Assembly (NCBI GenBank): GCA_051294905.1
Contig: CM119384.1
Location: forward strand, 11,284,001-11,348,000
Source: Botryllus schlosseri
Lineage: Eukaryota
DNA: 64,000 nt
Reading direction: 5' to 3'
Shown: positions 12,541-38,890 of the stretch, in pieces
Position numbering within the stretch: position 1 is the stretch's first letter
How the letters are laid out: the number at the start of each line of letters is the position of its first letter
Notes under the pieces: model-generated
Seen by the model: the letters and a program-made list of their open reading frames with translations, nothing else
What the model was told of the DNA's origin: nothing
Database searches by the model: none
Position numbers and translations under genes: made by a program

Positions 12541-13875
12541 AAAAATCATATTCACCCCTCTGCGACCCCAAGGGCAGATCCACTTCTTGCTACAAGTCGA
12601 AATGACTATCCCAACATTACCCCAAAAATATTTCAGCCTTTGGAACACAATAGGGGACCCAGCAGAATCTTTTGAAAATGGATATTTTTCGAAGAAATAG
12701 GGATGCCCGTAATGATATTATAACTGATATTTAAAAAATTATTTTCACCCCTCTGCGGCCCCAAGGGCAGATCCACTTCTTGCTACAAATTGAAAAGACT
12801 ATCCCAACATTACCCCAAAAATATTTCAACCTTCGGAACACAATAGGGGACCCAGCAGAATCTTTTGAAAATGGATATTTTTCGAAGAAATGCCCGTAAT
12901 GATATTATAACGGATATTTAAAAAATCATTTTCACCCCTCTGCGACCCCAAGGGCAGATCCACTCCTTGCTACAAGTCGAAATGACTATCCCAACATTAC
13001 CCCAAAAATATTTCAGCCTTCGGAACACAATAGGGGACCCAGCAGAATCTTTTGAAAATGGATATTTTTCGAAGAAATAACCGTAATGTTATTATACCGG
13101 ATATTTAAAAAATCATTTTCACCCCTTTGCGACCTCAAGGGCAGATCCACTCCTTGCTACAAGTCGAAATGACTATTCTAACATTACCCCAAAAATATTT
13201 CAGCCTTCGGAACACAATAGGGGACCCAGCAGAATCTTTTGAAAATGAATATTTTTTCAAGTAAGAGAGATGCAAATATTGATATCATAACGGATATTTA
13301 AAATATCATATTCACCCCTCAAGGGCAGAACTACTCCTTGCTACAAGTCGAAATGACTATCCCAACATTACCCCAAAAATATTTCAGCCTTCGGAACACA
13401 ATAGGGGACCTAGCAGAATCTTTTGAAAATGGATATTTTTCGAAGAAATGCCCGTAATGATATTATAACGGATATTTAAAAAATCATTTTCACCCCTCTG
13501 CGACCCCAAGGGCAGATCCACTTTTGGCTACAAGTCGAAAAGACTATCCCAACATTACCCCAAAAATATTTCAGCCTTCGGAACACAATAGGGGACCCAG
13601 CAGAATCTTTTGAAAATGAATATTTTTTCAAGAAATAGGGATGCACATAATGATATCATAACGGATATTTAAAATATCATATTCACCCCTCTGCGGCCCA
13701 AGGGCAGAACTACACCTTGCTACCACCAGAGAATCCTATGAAAATTGATCATTTTTCAGGAAATAAACATGCTCGTACTGATATTATAACGGAAATTCGA
13801 AAAATCATATCCAACCATCTGCGGCCTCAACGGCAGAACTACACCTTACTACAAGTCGAAATGGCGATCCCAATC
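12541..13875 (+). repeat. Left-arm tandem array, 7 recognisable units of mostly 187-193 bp plus a degenerate eighth
   Basis: Anchor TTCACCCC at 12551, 12744, 12931, 13118, 13311, 13489, 13682 and degenerate at ~13808; units decay toward the element interior. Confidence 0.95.
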
Positions 13876-14039
13876 ATGAACTTTTCCGAAAAAAAAAACA
13901 CGAATAATGTAGACCCATGGCATGTTCGTTGATGTTCGACTAAAGTCAAACAATCACTTTAGATGGCACATTCACATGCAAACCAGGGATATATAGAGTT
14001 CGTCGCAAACATAGAGGATACAAGTTTCATTCGAAATCA

Positions 14040-15890
14040 GTATTCGTTCATAGTATAAATACAGAAATATCAAATTGCGAGTCCATCATCGCTTTAGCTG
14101 CAATGTAGCTGAGGCTGCGTTTGTGCATTACATATTTAATGCAGATCTCTTTCAGTATAACGTATCGGAAGAATTCATCAGCATGAAAATCGGGCTCCAA
14201 CACTTTCATCAGTTCACAATTTTTTTTGATGACCGATGGATTGAACACATTCGTGATACGTGGCGCTGAGTACGCGTGCACAGTGACAGTCGAATTGACT
14301 CACTTTCTGAAGAGTTTCTTCTGCAGGCATAACTTCGACATCAAATATCAATACGAATTTCCAGTGTCATCTTCTGGTAATAAGTCTGGCGGCGCTTTGC
14401 ACTTAGTACGCTGAGCCAATTTGAATTGCATCATCAATTTCTTGTTGATAAGAAAAGTTCCGTGAGTTTGATGATTTGGTTCCTGGCACGCGTTTCGAGG
14501 CCTTTCACACAAAGCTGTGAAGTACGAGACTAAACTGTCAGCAAAGATTTCGTCAAATTCTCGTGGTATTTTAAACATTATCATTTGGAACTCCGTGACA
14601 TTTTACATCCTGATTTCCAAATTTTCAATTGGTCTCATTCTTTTTCTCTTCACAATTTTTGGTTTTGGAGTCTCATCTTCGTTGGCGGTAGAATAATCGT
14701 CGCTTATAATCAGACGCTTATCTGGGCGTCTTACATAAAAAAATATATATCCATTCTGAGTCTTCACAGTAGATGAAACGTCACACGGCTTTCTCGATAA
14801 ACGTTATTGTCATCATACACAACTGTGGTACCATCCTTCTTCATTACGTTGGTGACGTAGTGTCCCGCGTTGACCGATTCGCCAAGCATTGAAACTATGG
14901 CGTTTAAATTGAAGCACTTGCATCCATACTTAATATGTTCCTCTGCTGCAAGGCTGTAGGAAAGAATATTGCTACGATCGTTCCTTGGTGCATGAACCAC
15001 CAATAAACTCGGAGTCGACAAGATCTGACGATGCATACCCACCACAGAGGTACATTTCAAACAAGGTTCTGTGGTCGAATCATCGAATTGCTTTCGGATA
15101 TTGTCCTCCAGTGACTCAGTTGCATTATCCCTGACAACAAGACGAATGACTGTTTTGTTTGTGGTCGATTGATTTATGAAGCCACAGAATTGGCAAGCTC
15201 CTCGAAATTCAATATGCGTGTTGCAATTCAGGTTGGCCTTTTCCAAAATTGTGGGGATATTGCTGAGCTCGAAAAATTCTATGGCGTCTTGTTGTTGTTT
15301 CGCTGGAAACTTACAAGCCTCAGCAGATTCCCTGACGGCATTTTCAATTTCCTGATCCATACTCTCCTTGCGGTTTACTAGGTTAGAAATGATTTGAGCT
15401 GTATGATTGATGGATTGGATTTCTTCAATATCTCCTGCCCAGCTACACGGAAAGCACGAAGCTACTGCGTGTACAATTGAATTAAACCAACATGTGTTTC
15501 CCATGTTTTTCAATCCTATGCCGGCGACATCTTTCAGAATGAATATTTCTTTAGATTTTTTGACATCTGGATGGACGACCTCTGATGTTCTTGCAAAATC
15601 GTAAAGAATCCAATGCCGAAAATGTGTTTGATCCAATGGGAATTTCACGGTTCCTGCTGAGCATATCACCCGGGCGACAAGGCAAACGCAAACTCCACAG
15701 CTGCTGTTGTCTACCTGCTTCAACACATTCCTTGCCTTGCACCGCGCCTGATTTGATGAGTTGATGATTTGGATCGGGAGTTTTAGCATTCGATGAAGAC
15801 GTTCTCTGAAACCTGTTTTTCGTTTTATTTGATTTCTCGTTGGTACTTTTTCTGTAACCCTCATGGAAAACAGTATCGCAATATATAGGG
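14040..15890 (-). pseudogene. Frameshifted TE-borne gene: Ulp1/SENP-like Cys motif fused to a USP (peptidase C19) domain, followed by an unknown C-terminal region
   Basis: ORF 14764-15921 contains KQVDNSSCGVCVCLVARVI...DQTHFRHWI (C48-like C-terminal half, 15691-15720), Cys box GLKNMGNTCWFNS (~15478-15516), QQDAIEF, two CxxC pairs, His box AGHYVT (14851-14865) and YDD. The terminal USP motif NGYIFFYVRR lies in another frame after ~14790. Further protein-like pieces in shifting frames run down to ~14040. Confidence 0.82.
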
Positions 15891-16439
15891 TATAGCCGAT
15901 ACGTAGCGACAAACAGCCCACTGGCTGAGGGGGTCTGGTGTTTGGTTTATCACCCTATGGGGCCAAAGACCAACGTTTTTAAGAGGGGACTGACGAAGTG
16001 CTGTTTTTCGGTTCCCAATATTTGGGGGGCGATGATCGGTGTGGAGCTTCAAAAGGGGGCGATGAGTCGAAAAAGGTTGGGAACCACTGATCTAAAATAT
16101 TGACGCGAATAACCAAAAAAGCTCTCGTATCGAGACATGGCCCCAGCGCGCGCCAGGTATCAAAGGCATGTTTACTCTCAACCACACGCGACTATAAGTA
16201 TTGTAACATTTTTACTGCGTTTAAAGGATGCTGCTCCCCCAAAAGCGAATCCTGGACTATTTTTGATCGATGGGGCTCTTATACTCTGTGGAATTCAGTG
16301 GTATGGCTGTATTGCAGGGAAACCATGGTTACCATATACCGAGCGAGATAGTGTAATGGCGATGTGTCCGGCTTCTTGATCGGGATCCTCCTATCAAGAC
16401 AAAACATTCCAGAAGTGGTTATCGTGCTATCGACGTCTA

Positions 16440-17265
16440 CAAGAACACAAAATTATTGACAGATCACGCGACTTGACGTCTGAAGAATAATAATCTGACG
16501 ATTTCGGCAATTATGGAGACTTTTTCTACAATGTTGCGTCGCTGGAAAGAAAACAGGAGCTCAAGTCGCCTTTTATTTACGATATGAGAAAATGATCAAC
16601 GAACTCAAGCACAGTGAATCATACAGAAACGGAAATTGTAAAGAAAAATTATCCGAGGAAAATGCATACTTCTCCGACATTTTTATGGAAAATTGATGTC
16701 GAAACTCGCAGAAACATCCCGCCTTTTACTTGGTGATTTATCGCGACATGTCTTTGAAAATTCTGTCACTGCTTTTTATGCAAAATATTCCAATTTCTAC
16801 AACAATCTCAAAAAGCAAAGTAATGATAAGGTAATACAGTGTATATGAAAAAACAATCGAACCCAAGGAATAATTGAGGAACATTTTTTCCAATTGAAAA
16901 ATATTTACTTTGAACATACCACATCGAAATGCTCATTGGATAAATTTATTCTAACATATCGCAACGAAGTGTCAAGGTCTTGTGAGAGATGTTGCGATAC
17001 AGTTTTCCATAAAAAGTATAAACGGTAAATCAATTAAAACGCAAAAAAAGTTTCAGGGATCGTCTTCATCGAAAGCTAAAACTTCCGATCCAAATCACCA
17101 ACTCATCAAATCAGTATTCAAGAAACGAAACAAGATAGGGAAAGTGTTAAAGAAGGTAGACAACAGCAGCTGCGGGGTTTGCATTTGCCTTGTCGCCGGG
17201 TGATATGCTCCGCACGAACCGTCAAATACCCATTGGACCAAACACATTTCCACTATTGGATTCGT
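16440..17265 (+). pseudogene. Decayed coding segment ending in an inverted partial copy of the Ulp1-like motif
   Basis: 16992-17262 is an inverted, diverged copy of 15606-15881 (KKVDNSSCGVCICLV; 1-nt deletion GCCGGG vs GCCCGGG). Upstream 16440-16990 gives protein-like stretches broken by frameshifts. The copy is cut off by the right-arm array. Confidence 0.7.
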
Positions 17266-19530
17266 TTTTAAATATCCGTTATAACATCATTACGTGCATC
17301 CCTATTTCTTGAAAAAATATCCATTTCCAAAAGATTCTGCCGGGTCCCCATTTGTGTTCCGAAGGCTGAAATATTTTTGGGGTAATGCTAGGATAGTCAT
17401 TTCGAATTGTAGCAAGAAGTGGATCTGCCCTTGGGGCCGCAGAGGGGTGAAAATGATTTTTTAAATATCCGTTATAATATCATTACGGGCATTTCTTCGA
17501 AAAATATCCATTTTCAAAAGATTCTGCTGGGTCCCCTATTGTGTTCCGAAGGTTGAACTATTTTTGGGGTAATGTTGGGATAGTCTTTTCGATTTGTAGC
17601 AAGAAGTGGATCTGCCCTTGGGGCCGCAGAGGGGTGAAAATGATTTTTTAAATATCCGTTATAATATCATTACGGGCATTTCTTCGAAAAATATCCATTT
17701 TCAAAAGATTCTGCTGGGTCCCCTATTGTGTTCCGAAGGCTGAAATATTTTTGGGGTAATGTTGGGATAGTCATTTCGACTTGTAGCAAGAAGTGGATCT
17801 GCCCTTGGGGTCGCAGAGGGGTGAAAATGATTTTTTAAATATCCGATATAATATCATCATGTTCATCTATTTCTTAGAAAAATATTCATTTTCAAAAGGT
17901 TATGCTGGGTTCCCTATTGTGTTCCGAAGACTGAAATATCTTTTGGGGTAATGTTGGGATAGTCATTTTGACTAGTAGCAATGAGTGGATCTGCCGTTGG
18001 GGTCGCAGAGGGGTGAAAATGACTTTTTAAATATCCGTTATAATATCATTACGGGCATTTCTTCGAAAAATATCCATTTTCAAAAGATTCTGCTGGGTCC
18101 CCTATTGTGTTCCGAAGGTTGAAATATTTTTGGGGTAATGTTGGGATAGTCTTTTCGATTTGTAGCAAGAAGTGGATCTGCCCTTGGGGCCGCAGAGGGG
18201 TGAAAATGATTTTTTAAATATCCGTTATAATATCATTACGGGCATTTCTTCGAAAAATATCCATTTTCAAAAGATTCTGCTGGGTCCCCTATTGTGTTCC
18301 GAAGGCTGAAATATTTTTGGGGTAATGTTGGGATAGTCATTTCGAATTGTAGCAAGAAGTGGATCTGCCCTTGGGGTCGCAGAGGGGTGAAAATGATTTT
18401 TTAAATATCCGATATAATATCATCATGTTCATCTATTTCTTAGAAAAATATTCATTTTCAAAAGGTTATGCTGGGTTCCCTATTGTGTTCCGAAGACTGA
18501 AATATCTTTTGGGGTAATGTTGGGATAGTCATTTTGACTAGTAGCAAGGAGTGGATCTGCCGTTGGGGTCGCAGAGGGGTGAAAATGACTTTTTAAATAT
18601 CCGTTATAATATCATTACGGGCATTTCTTCGAAAAATATCCATTTTCAAAAGATTCTGCTGGGTCCCCTATTGTGTTCCGAAGGTTGAAATATTTTTGGG
18701 GTAATGTTGGGATAGTCTTTTCGATTTGTAGCAAGAAGTGGATCTGCCCTTGGGGCCGCAGAGGGGTGAAAATGATTTTTTAAATATCCGTTATAATATC
18801 ATTACGGGCATTTCTTCGAAAAATATCCATTTTCAAAAGATTCTGCTGGGTCCCCTATTGTGTTCCGAAGGCTGAAATATTTTTGGGGTAATGTTGGGAT
18901 AGTCATTTCGAATTGTAGCAAGAAGTGGATCTGCCCTTGGGGTCGCAGAGGGGTGAAAATGATTTTTTAAATATCCGGTATAATATCATCATGGTAATCT
19001 ATTTCTTAGAAAAATATTCATTTTCAAAAGGTTCTGCTGGGTCCCCTATTGTGTTCCGAAGGTTGAAATATTTTTGGGGTAATGTTGGGATAGTCTTTTC
19101 GATTTGTAGCAAGAAGTGGATCTGCCCTTGGGGCCGCAGAGGGGTGAAAATGATTTTTTAAATATCCGTTATAATATCATTACGGGCATTTCTTCGAAAA
19201 ATATCCATTTTCAAAAGGTTCTGCTGGGTCCCCTATTGTGTTCCGAAGGTTGAAATATTTTTGGGGTAATGTTGGGATAGTCTTTTCGATTTGTAGCAAG
19301 AAGTGGATCTGCCCTTGGGGCCGCAGAGGGGTGAAAATGATTTTTTAAATATCCGTTATAATATCATTACGGGCATTTCTTCGAAAAATATCCATTTTCA
19401 AAAGATTCTGCTGGGTCCCCTATTGTGTTCCGAAGGTTGAAATATTTTTGGGGTAATGTTGGGATAGTCATTTCGACTTGTAGCAAGAAGTGGATCTGCC
19501 CTTGGGGTCGCAGAGGGGTGAATATGATTT
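17266..19530 (-). repeat. Right-arm tandem array, 12 units of 187-192 bp, inverted relative to the left arm, with a ~566-bp three-unit higher-order repeat
   Basis: Anchor GGGGTGAA at 17444, 17631, 17818, 18010, 18197, 18384, 18576, 18763, 18950, 19141, 19328, 19515; spacing 187,187,192,187,187,192,187,187,191,187,187. Confidence 0.95.
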
Positions 19531-20767
19531 TTCGGTTTTATCGTTAGAATGTAGGCATTTGGATGTCTATTTGCCGGAACAGGATCCTTTTTGTTGATCA
19601 GCTCTAAATATTATGAGCTGGCAACCGGTTTTTCTGAGAATTTTGAAATCTGGCAACACATATTCCAGTTATTCCGAAATTTTATAGACCGAAAAAAATC
19701 ATGTTATTCATGTACATTCACAATGATTCACGCGGTCATCATATTTCTGCTGATGTGCTATTAGCATCACAGTGGTCGTATGAATGGCGTTCGGGCGTCC
19801 ATCGTTCGACTAGATGAGGTAGATGACGGGGTTAGCAAGGAGTGGGCTCGATATTCTACAAATTCTAACATCCTAATTATGACTGGTTGATTACGTAATC
19901 AGTGTGGCAATATCTGACCACTGACCAGTAGCCTATATACCGCCTACCGGTAGTTAAGTGCTGTCCTGTCACTGATGAATGGTATCGTAGCCCATTCATA
20001 TTGAATAATAATAACGGCGTGATTTGATTTTCGCCATGCCTAATATTAATCTTATTTTTTGTGACGCTTGACTTATAAATATTTTTTGCTTATTTACCGT
20101 CCGTGTAAAAGTGCTATATTATTGACAACAGCTGACGATCACTTTGTGATTGATAGTGATCAATAATCGTCAGATTATATTTTCAGCGGATCAAGACACA
20201 CACAATAGTGCGGTAAGACACAATGCGACGTAATGAACAGATAGAAGGATGCCGAACGAGCAGTTGCGGTCTCTTAAACTGGCATCCACTGCGACCGCTA
20301 GGCCAGGCTTATAATTTTTTTGAAAGTTCAGAATTTTATAGCTGAATGATTGATATCTCTGATGAGCAGGGATCGGCACCGTCTATCCTCAACTGGTATA
20401 TTACTTTGTGTTATTATTGATATCTTAGATAATGAAATATTGATCGATAACTTCTAGAAGTCATCGATTTAATGATATTTTCACTATGTGACTTATGGAT
20501 GGTTCAAATTGATTGTGCAATAAACCCTGGAGTGATTTGATTATAGATTTTCATTCAGTGTCTCAGCATGGTGCTATTCAACAAGTTTACCAAACATTCA
20601 GGTTAAGTGCATCACTGCTGCAATGTCACTGTCTAAAGTTGGGGAGCGGGCATATTATGATATCCATTTGCTATTCTGTAATATATCCATTTGAAAGTTA
20701 TTTTCATTGTAGTATCTGTTCATTGTGTTGCAGTTTTAAGTAATAATAGCTATAGATTTTAACACCT

Positions 20768-35957
<15,190 letters not shown>

Positions 35958-37646
35958 ACGATCGCGCGGATCCGATTCGCCACTTTCTGTCGGCGCGGAA
36001 GGCACTCTGAGATGAAGACGAAATATACTGCCTAGATTGCCGCAGTCTCGTGGGTTTAACTATTGCTCGTATGGTAGCATGTATTTAGTAATATTCCATG
36101 TCTCGAACTCCCGTCGAATTCCTTGCTCTGCTGTGTTAGCTCGTATATATCTAATTGTTGTGTTACATCGAAGTGTTGTCTTTTTTTGCGTTTGTGCCTT
36201 GGTAGCACCGTTCGCGTACAAAGTCATAGCATTCCTTCGTTCCTTCCAGACAGCGTGTAATGTGTGTATTTCGCGGGTACCTATTCGCGGTTTTTGACAT
36301 TTCTTCCTTTTATTGCCAATCGTCGTCGTTCATGAGATTATTCGATTTATTTGTATGCGGTTTGCATTGAAGAAGCGAATGTTGCGTTGCTTTTACGAGA
36401 GATTTTTCATCTCTACCCCGGTAAATCTTGGTGATTACATTGCATCGAAAACAAAGATTATGACACCTTTCATTGTAGAAGGGGTTCCTGCACTTTCATC
36501 CGTACTTATAAATGTGCATTCGATAGCGCAATGTATTGCCTGTCCATGTCGATATACCACTCCAGTACGTTTTATGTATTTTTTTCGCAACAGCTAATTT
36601 TTTAGTATCGAGGCTGATATATTCAAGTTTCAAGTGATAATCGAATTGCGTTTTACTGTAACTTAAGCCGCGCGTGGCCTGGCACTTAGCAGGCTACTAA
36701 TTCTGAGGCTGTTATTTTTGATGTGGTGAATTGGGAAGCCGTATTTAAACAGATTTGCACCCACATAATGTTGAGACATATATATTTCTGTTTGAAGTAA
36801 TTTGGCTCCGGCCACCTTGTTGAGATTAAATCATGCACTACATCAATGGTCTTGTGTATTTACTTGATGTGCGGATGGGCGTGAACACTGAACGGCTCGG
36901 TTCATGGTATGTGGATAACTTGACTCGGCTTAAGAGAAATATTGAAATACTCGTGACTCGGAGCTCAGTTTTTCAAGTTATCCAATAATCTACTTCTCAG
37001 AGCATTCCGAACCTCTCCATCGAATTAAAACGAGCACGTATCGTCAATGCCAGTCATATATTTATAAGTTTTCAATTACGTTTGCGACATGGGATACTCC
37101 AATGGCAGATACATAAGACAACTTCGGCATGTCATTCAGTTGAGTTGTATCAAAATTGCGATATAATAAACGATAGGAGGAAGTCTGTGCGACTTGGAGT
37201 AGCTGAACCGCTGTCGTAGTGACTTTACATCATAACTGGTATGTATTGTATACATTTGTACAATAAGTAGTGTCTGTGTGCAACTAGCTGAGGCTCTGCG
37301 CTGTTGATTGTTGTACAGTTGTGTGTCCCACATGCCTGGATAATATATCTTGGGTTCTATGCGGGATTTACGAACACCATAATGAGACTGGTAAAACGAT
37401 GTACATGCGCTCTACCGGTAGTTAATACGAATCCTCGCCAAAGGTCTGCTTGGATTTTGGTGACAGGGGTGCGGGTGCATACAACCCAAATGCTCAAATA
37501 TCCAGCATTCAGTTGAATGTTTGTTGTTTGAAAAGTTTTTTGTTATTCATGGTGTTTCCATAACTTTGGTCATTTACACCAGACCGAAGATTCTTGTTTT
37601 GATTTTGTTCTGCCAACTAGCAGCACGGCCCACTTAAGTTCTAGGG

Positions 37647-37973
37647 CAGTGGTTGCCAACCTTTTTCGGCTCATCGCCACCTCACCAAGCTCGATAAATA
37701 TTTATCGCCCCTATATTTTCGGTCCCGAAAAAGAGCTCATATAAACGGGAAATTTATACAGCTGAACAGATCGCCGATAAAATGACTGTAAAGAGGTCAA
37801 AGTTCGTGACGAGACCTGAAAATCCCGGTACCTGAGGATAGTATGTGGTGAGTTGACATTTTCTTTCAGAATAACCCCTTTTTCACACGTATTTTGTGCC
37901 GGTTACCGGGTAATTAAATATATCTAACTCAGCGTTCTACCATTTTCGCCACCTTAGGACTTGGGAACCACTG
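37647..37973. mobile_element. hAT-type MITE (~327 bp)
   Basis: CAGTGGTTGCCAAC...TTGGGAACCACTG; TSD TTCTAGGG/TTCTAGAA (6/8); same family as 2873-3265. Confidence 0.75.
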
Positions 37974-38619
37974 TTCTAGAATTTTGTAAAACTCCGTTTA
38001 CGCGGATCACACGGCGAGACTGTTTGATTTACTTTTACTCTGAGCTCAAGTTCGCCGTTTCTTGGCCCTTCGCCGAAATTTCCGGGTAACAAATTTCTCC
38101 TGCACGATCATATATTATTTCTAAGGAACAATACATATATTCGCAATTTATTGAGAGTCAGTCGAAAAGCTTCGGAGTGAATGAATTGCGAACATGAATG
38201 TATCATTCGTTGCAATATTTAAATTCGGTAGCACGAGGAGCTTATATATTATTTCTATGCGCGTGTGAGTTCAGCGCTGCCTACAGCCTCCATACAACGT
38301 TTCAGTGAATGAGCGACTGGAATAACTCCGCTTCTACGGCTTGGAATTGAGTCAAATTGGTTTTGCATAGTTTTTGAAGACAGCCCAACAATTTCTTGGG
38401 GTTGGCAGAAAATTTGAAAATTTTTCTTTTTTTTGCGTTTTTGGGCAAATTCAAAATTTTCAAACTCTACGAAACCCGCGAATATTGGTTGGAATGAATT
38501 CAAATTTGGTGTGCGTCGTTTTTTAAGGCAACCTAACAATTTAATCACGTAGCCAGCAAGTTTCAGGAAAAAAGGTTATTTTTGAACAGCCCTTTGAGCG
38601 TAGTAGCTATTCAGCATGT

Positions 38620-38828
38620 CGACCTGTCCTTCTATATTATCTTCTTTTACGTTCATTCAGTGTGCAGCCGTGCAATGTGCATGCCTCCCTTTTACATCGC
38701 GTGGGCCAGATGGGTTTCTGATTTTGAACACTGCAGTAGTATTCTCCACTACGTCGTTTCGACACATTCGTATATTTCATTGCATCGCAGTCTTGTGGTG
38801 TAGGGGTAGGCTATTGAATTGAATTGGA
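38620..38828 (+). mobile_element. LINE 3'UTR fragment
   Basis: Matches 11290-11494 and 55790-55960; ends in TTGAATTGAATTG. Confidence 0.65.
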
Positions 38829-38890
38829 GCAAAATCCGTCAGCAGTGGCCTATTCTCAGCGGCTTTACCCAAATAACAAATGACACACAG

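Larger units (their letters stand above)
12297..19776. mobile_element. Foldback-type DNA transposon (7,480 bp) with long modular TIRs and protease cargo
   Basis: Termini ACCACTGTGATGCTAATAGCAC...GTGCTATTAGCATCACAGTGGT; exact 8-bp TSD CGTATGAA (12289-12296 and 19777-19784); ~250-bp unique outer TIR followed by inverted tandem arrays; internal region ~13876-17265. Confidence 0.93.

Noticed and set aside
14764-15921. 385-aa ORF as an intact host USP gene
   Set aside because: The terminal USP motif is out of frame, downstream sequence is multiply frameshifted, the N-terminus runs into a MITE fragment, and the ORF is intronless inside a transposon.
18925-19161. ORF within the right tandem array (also 13717-13932 in the left)
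   Set aside because: Chance open frames across satellite units; no protein features.
12541-19530. Regular repeat arrays as a possible CRISPR locus
   Set aside because: Units are 187-193 bp head-to-tail with no unique spacers, no cas genes are present, the context is eukaryotic, and the arrays are arms of a TSD-flanked element.
12299-19774. CACTGTG...CACAGTG termini suggesting CACTA/EnSpm, Transib or Chapaev
   Set aside because: No 2-5-bp duplication flanks those boundaries. The inverted match extends two more bases (AC/GT), and only then does an exact 8-bp TSD appear.
20750-20767. AG dinucleotides 6-14 nt upstream of all three start codons as SL trans-splice acceptors
   Set aside because: AG near an ATG is common by chance and the pyrimidine tracts are weak; cannot be supported without 5' transcript data.
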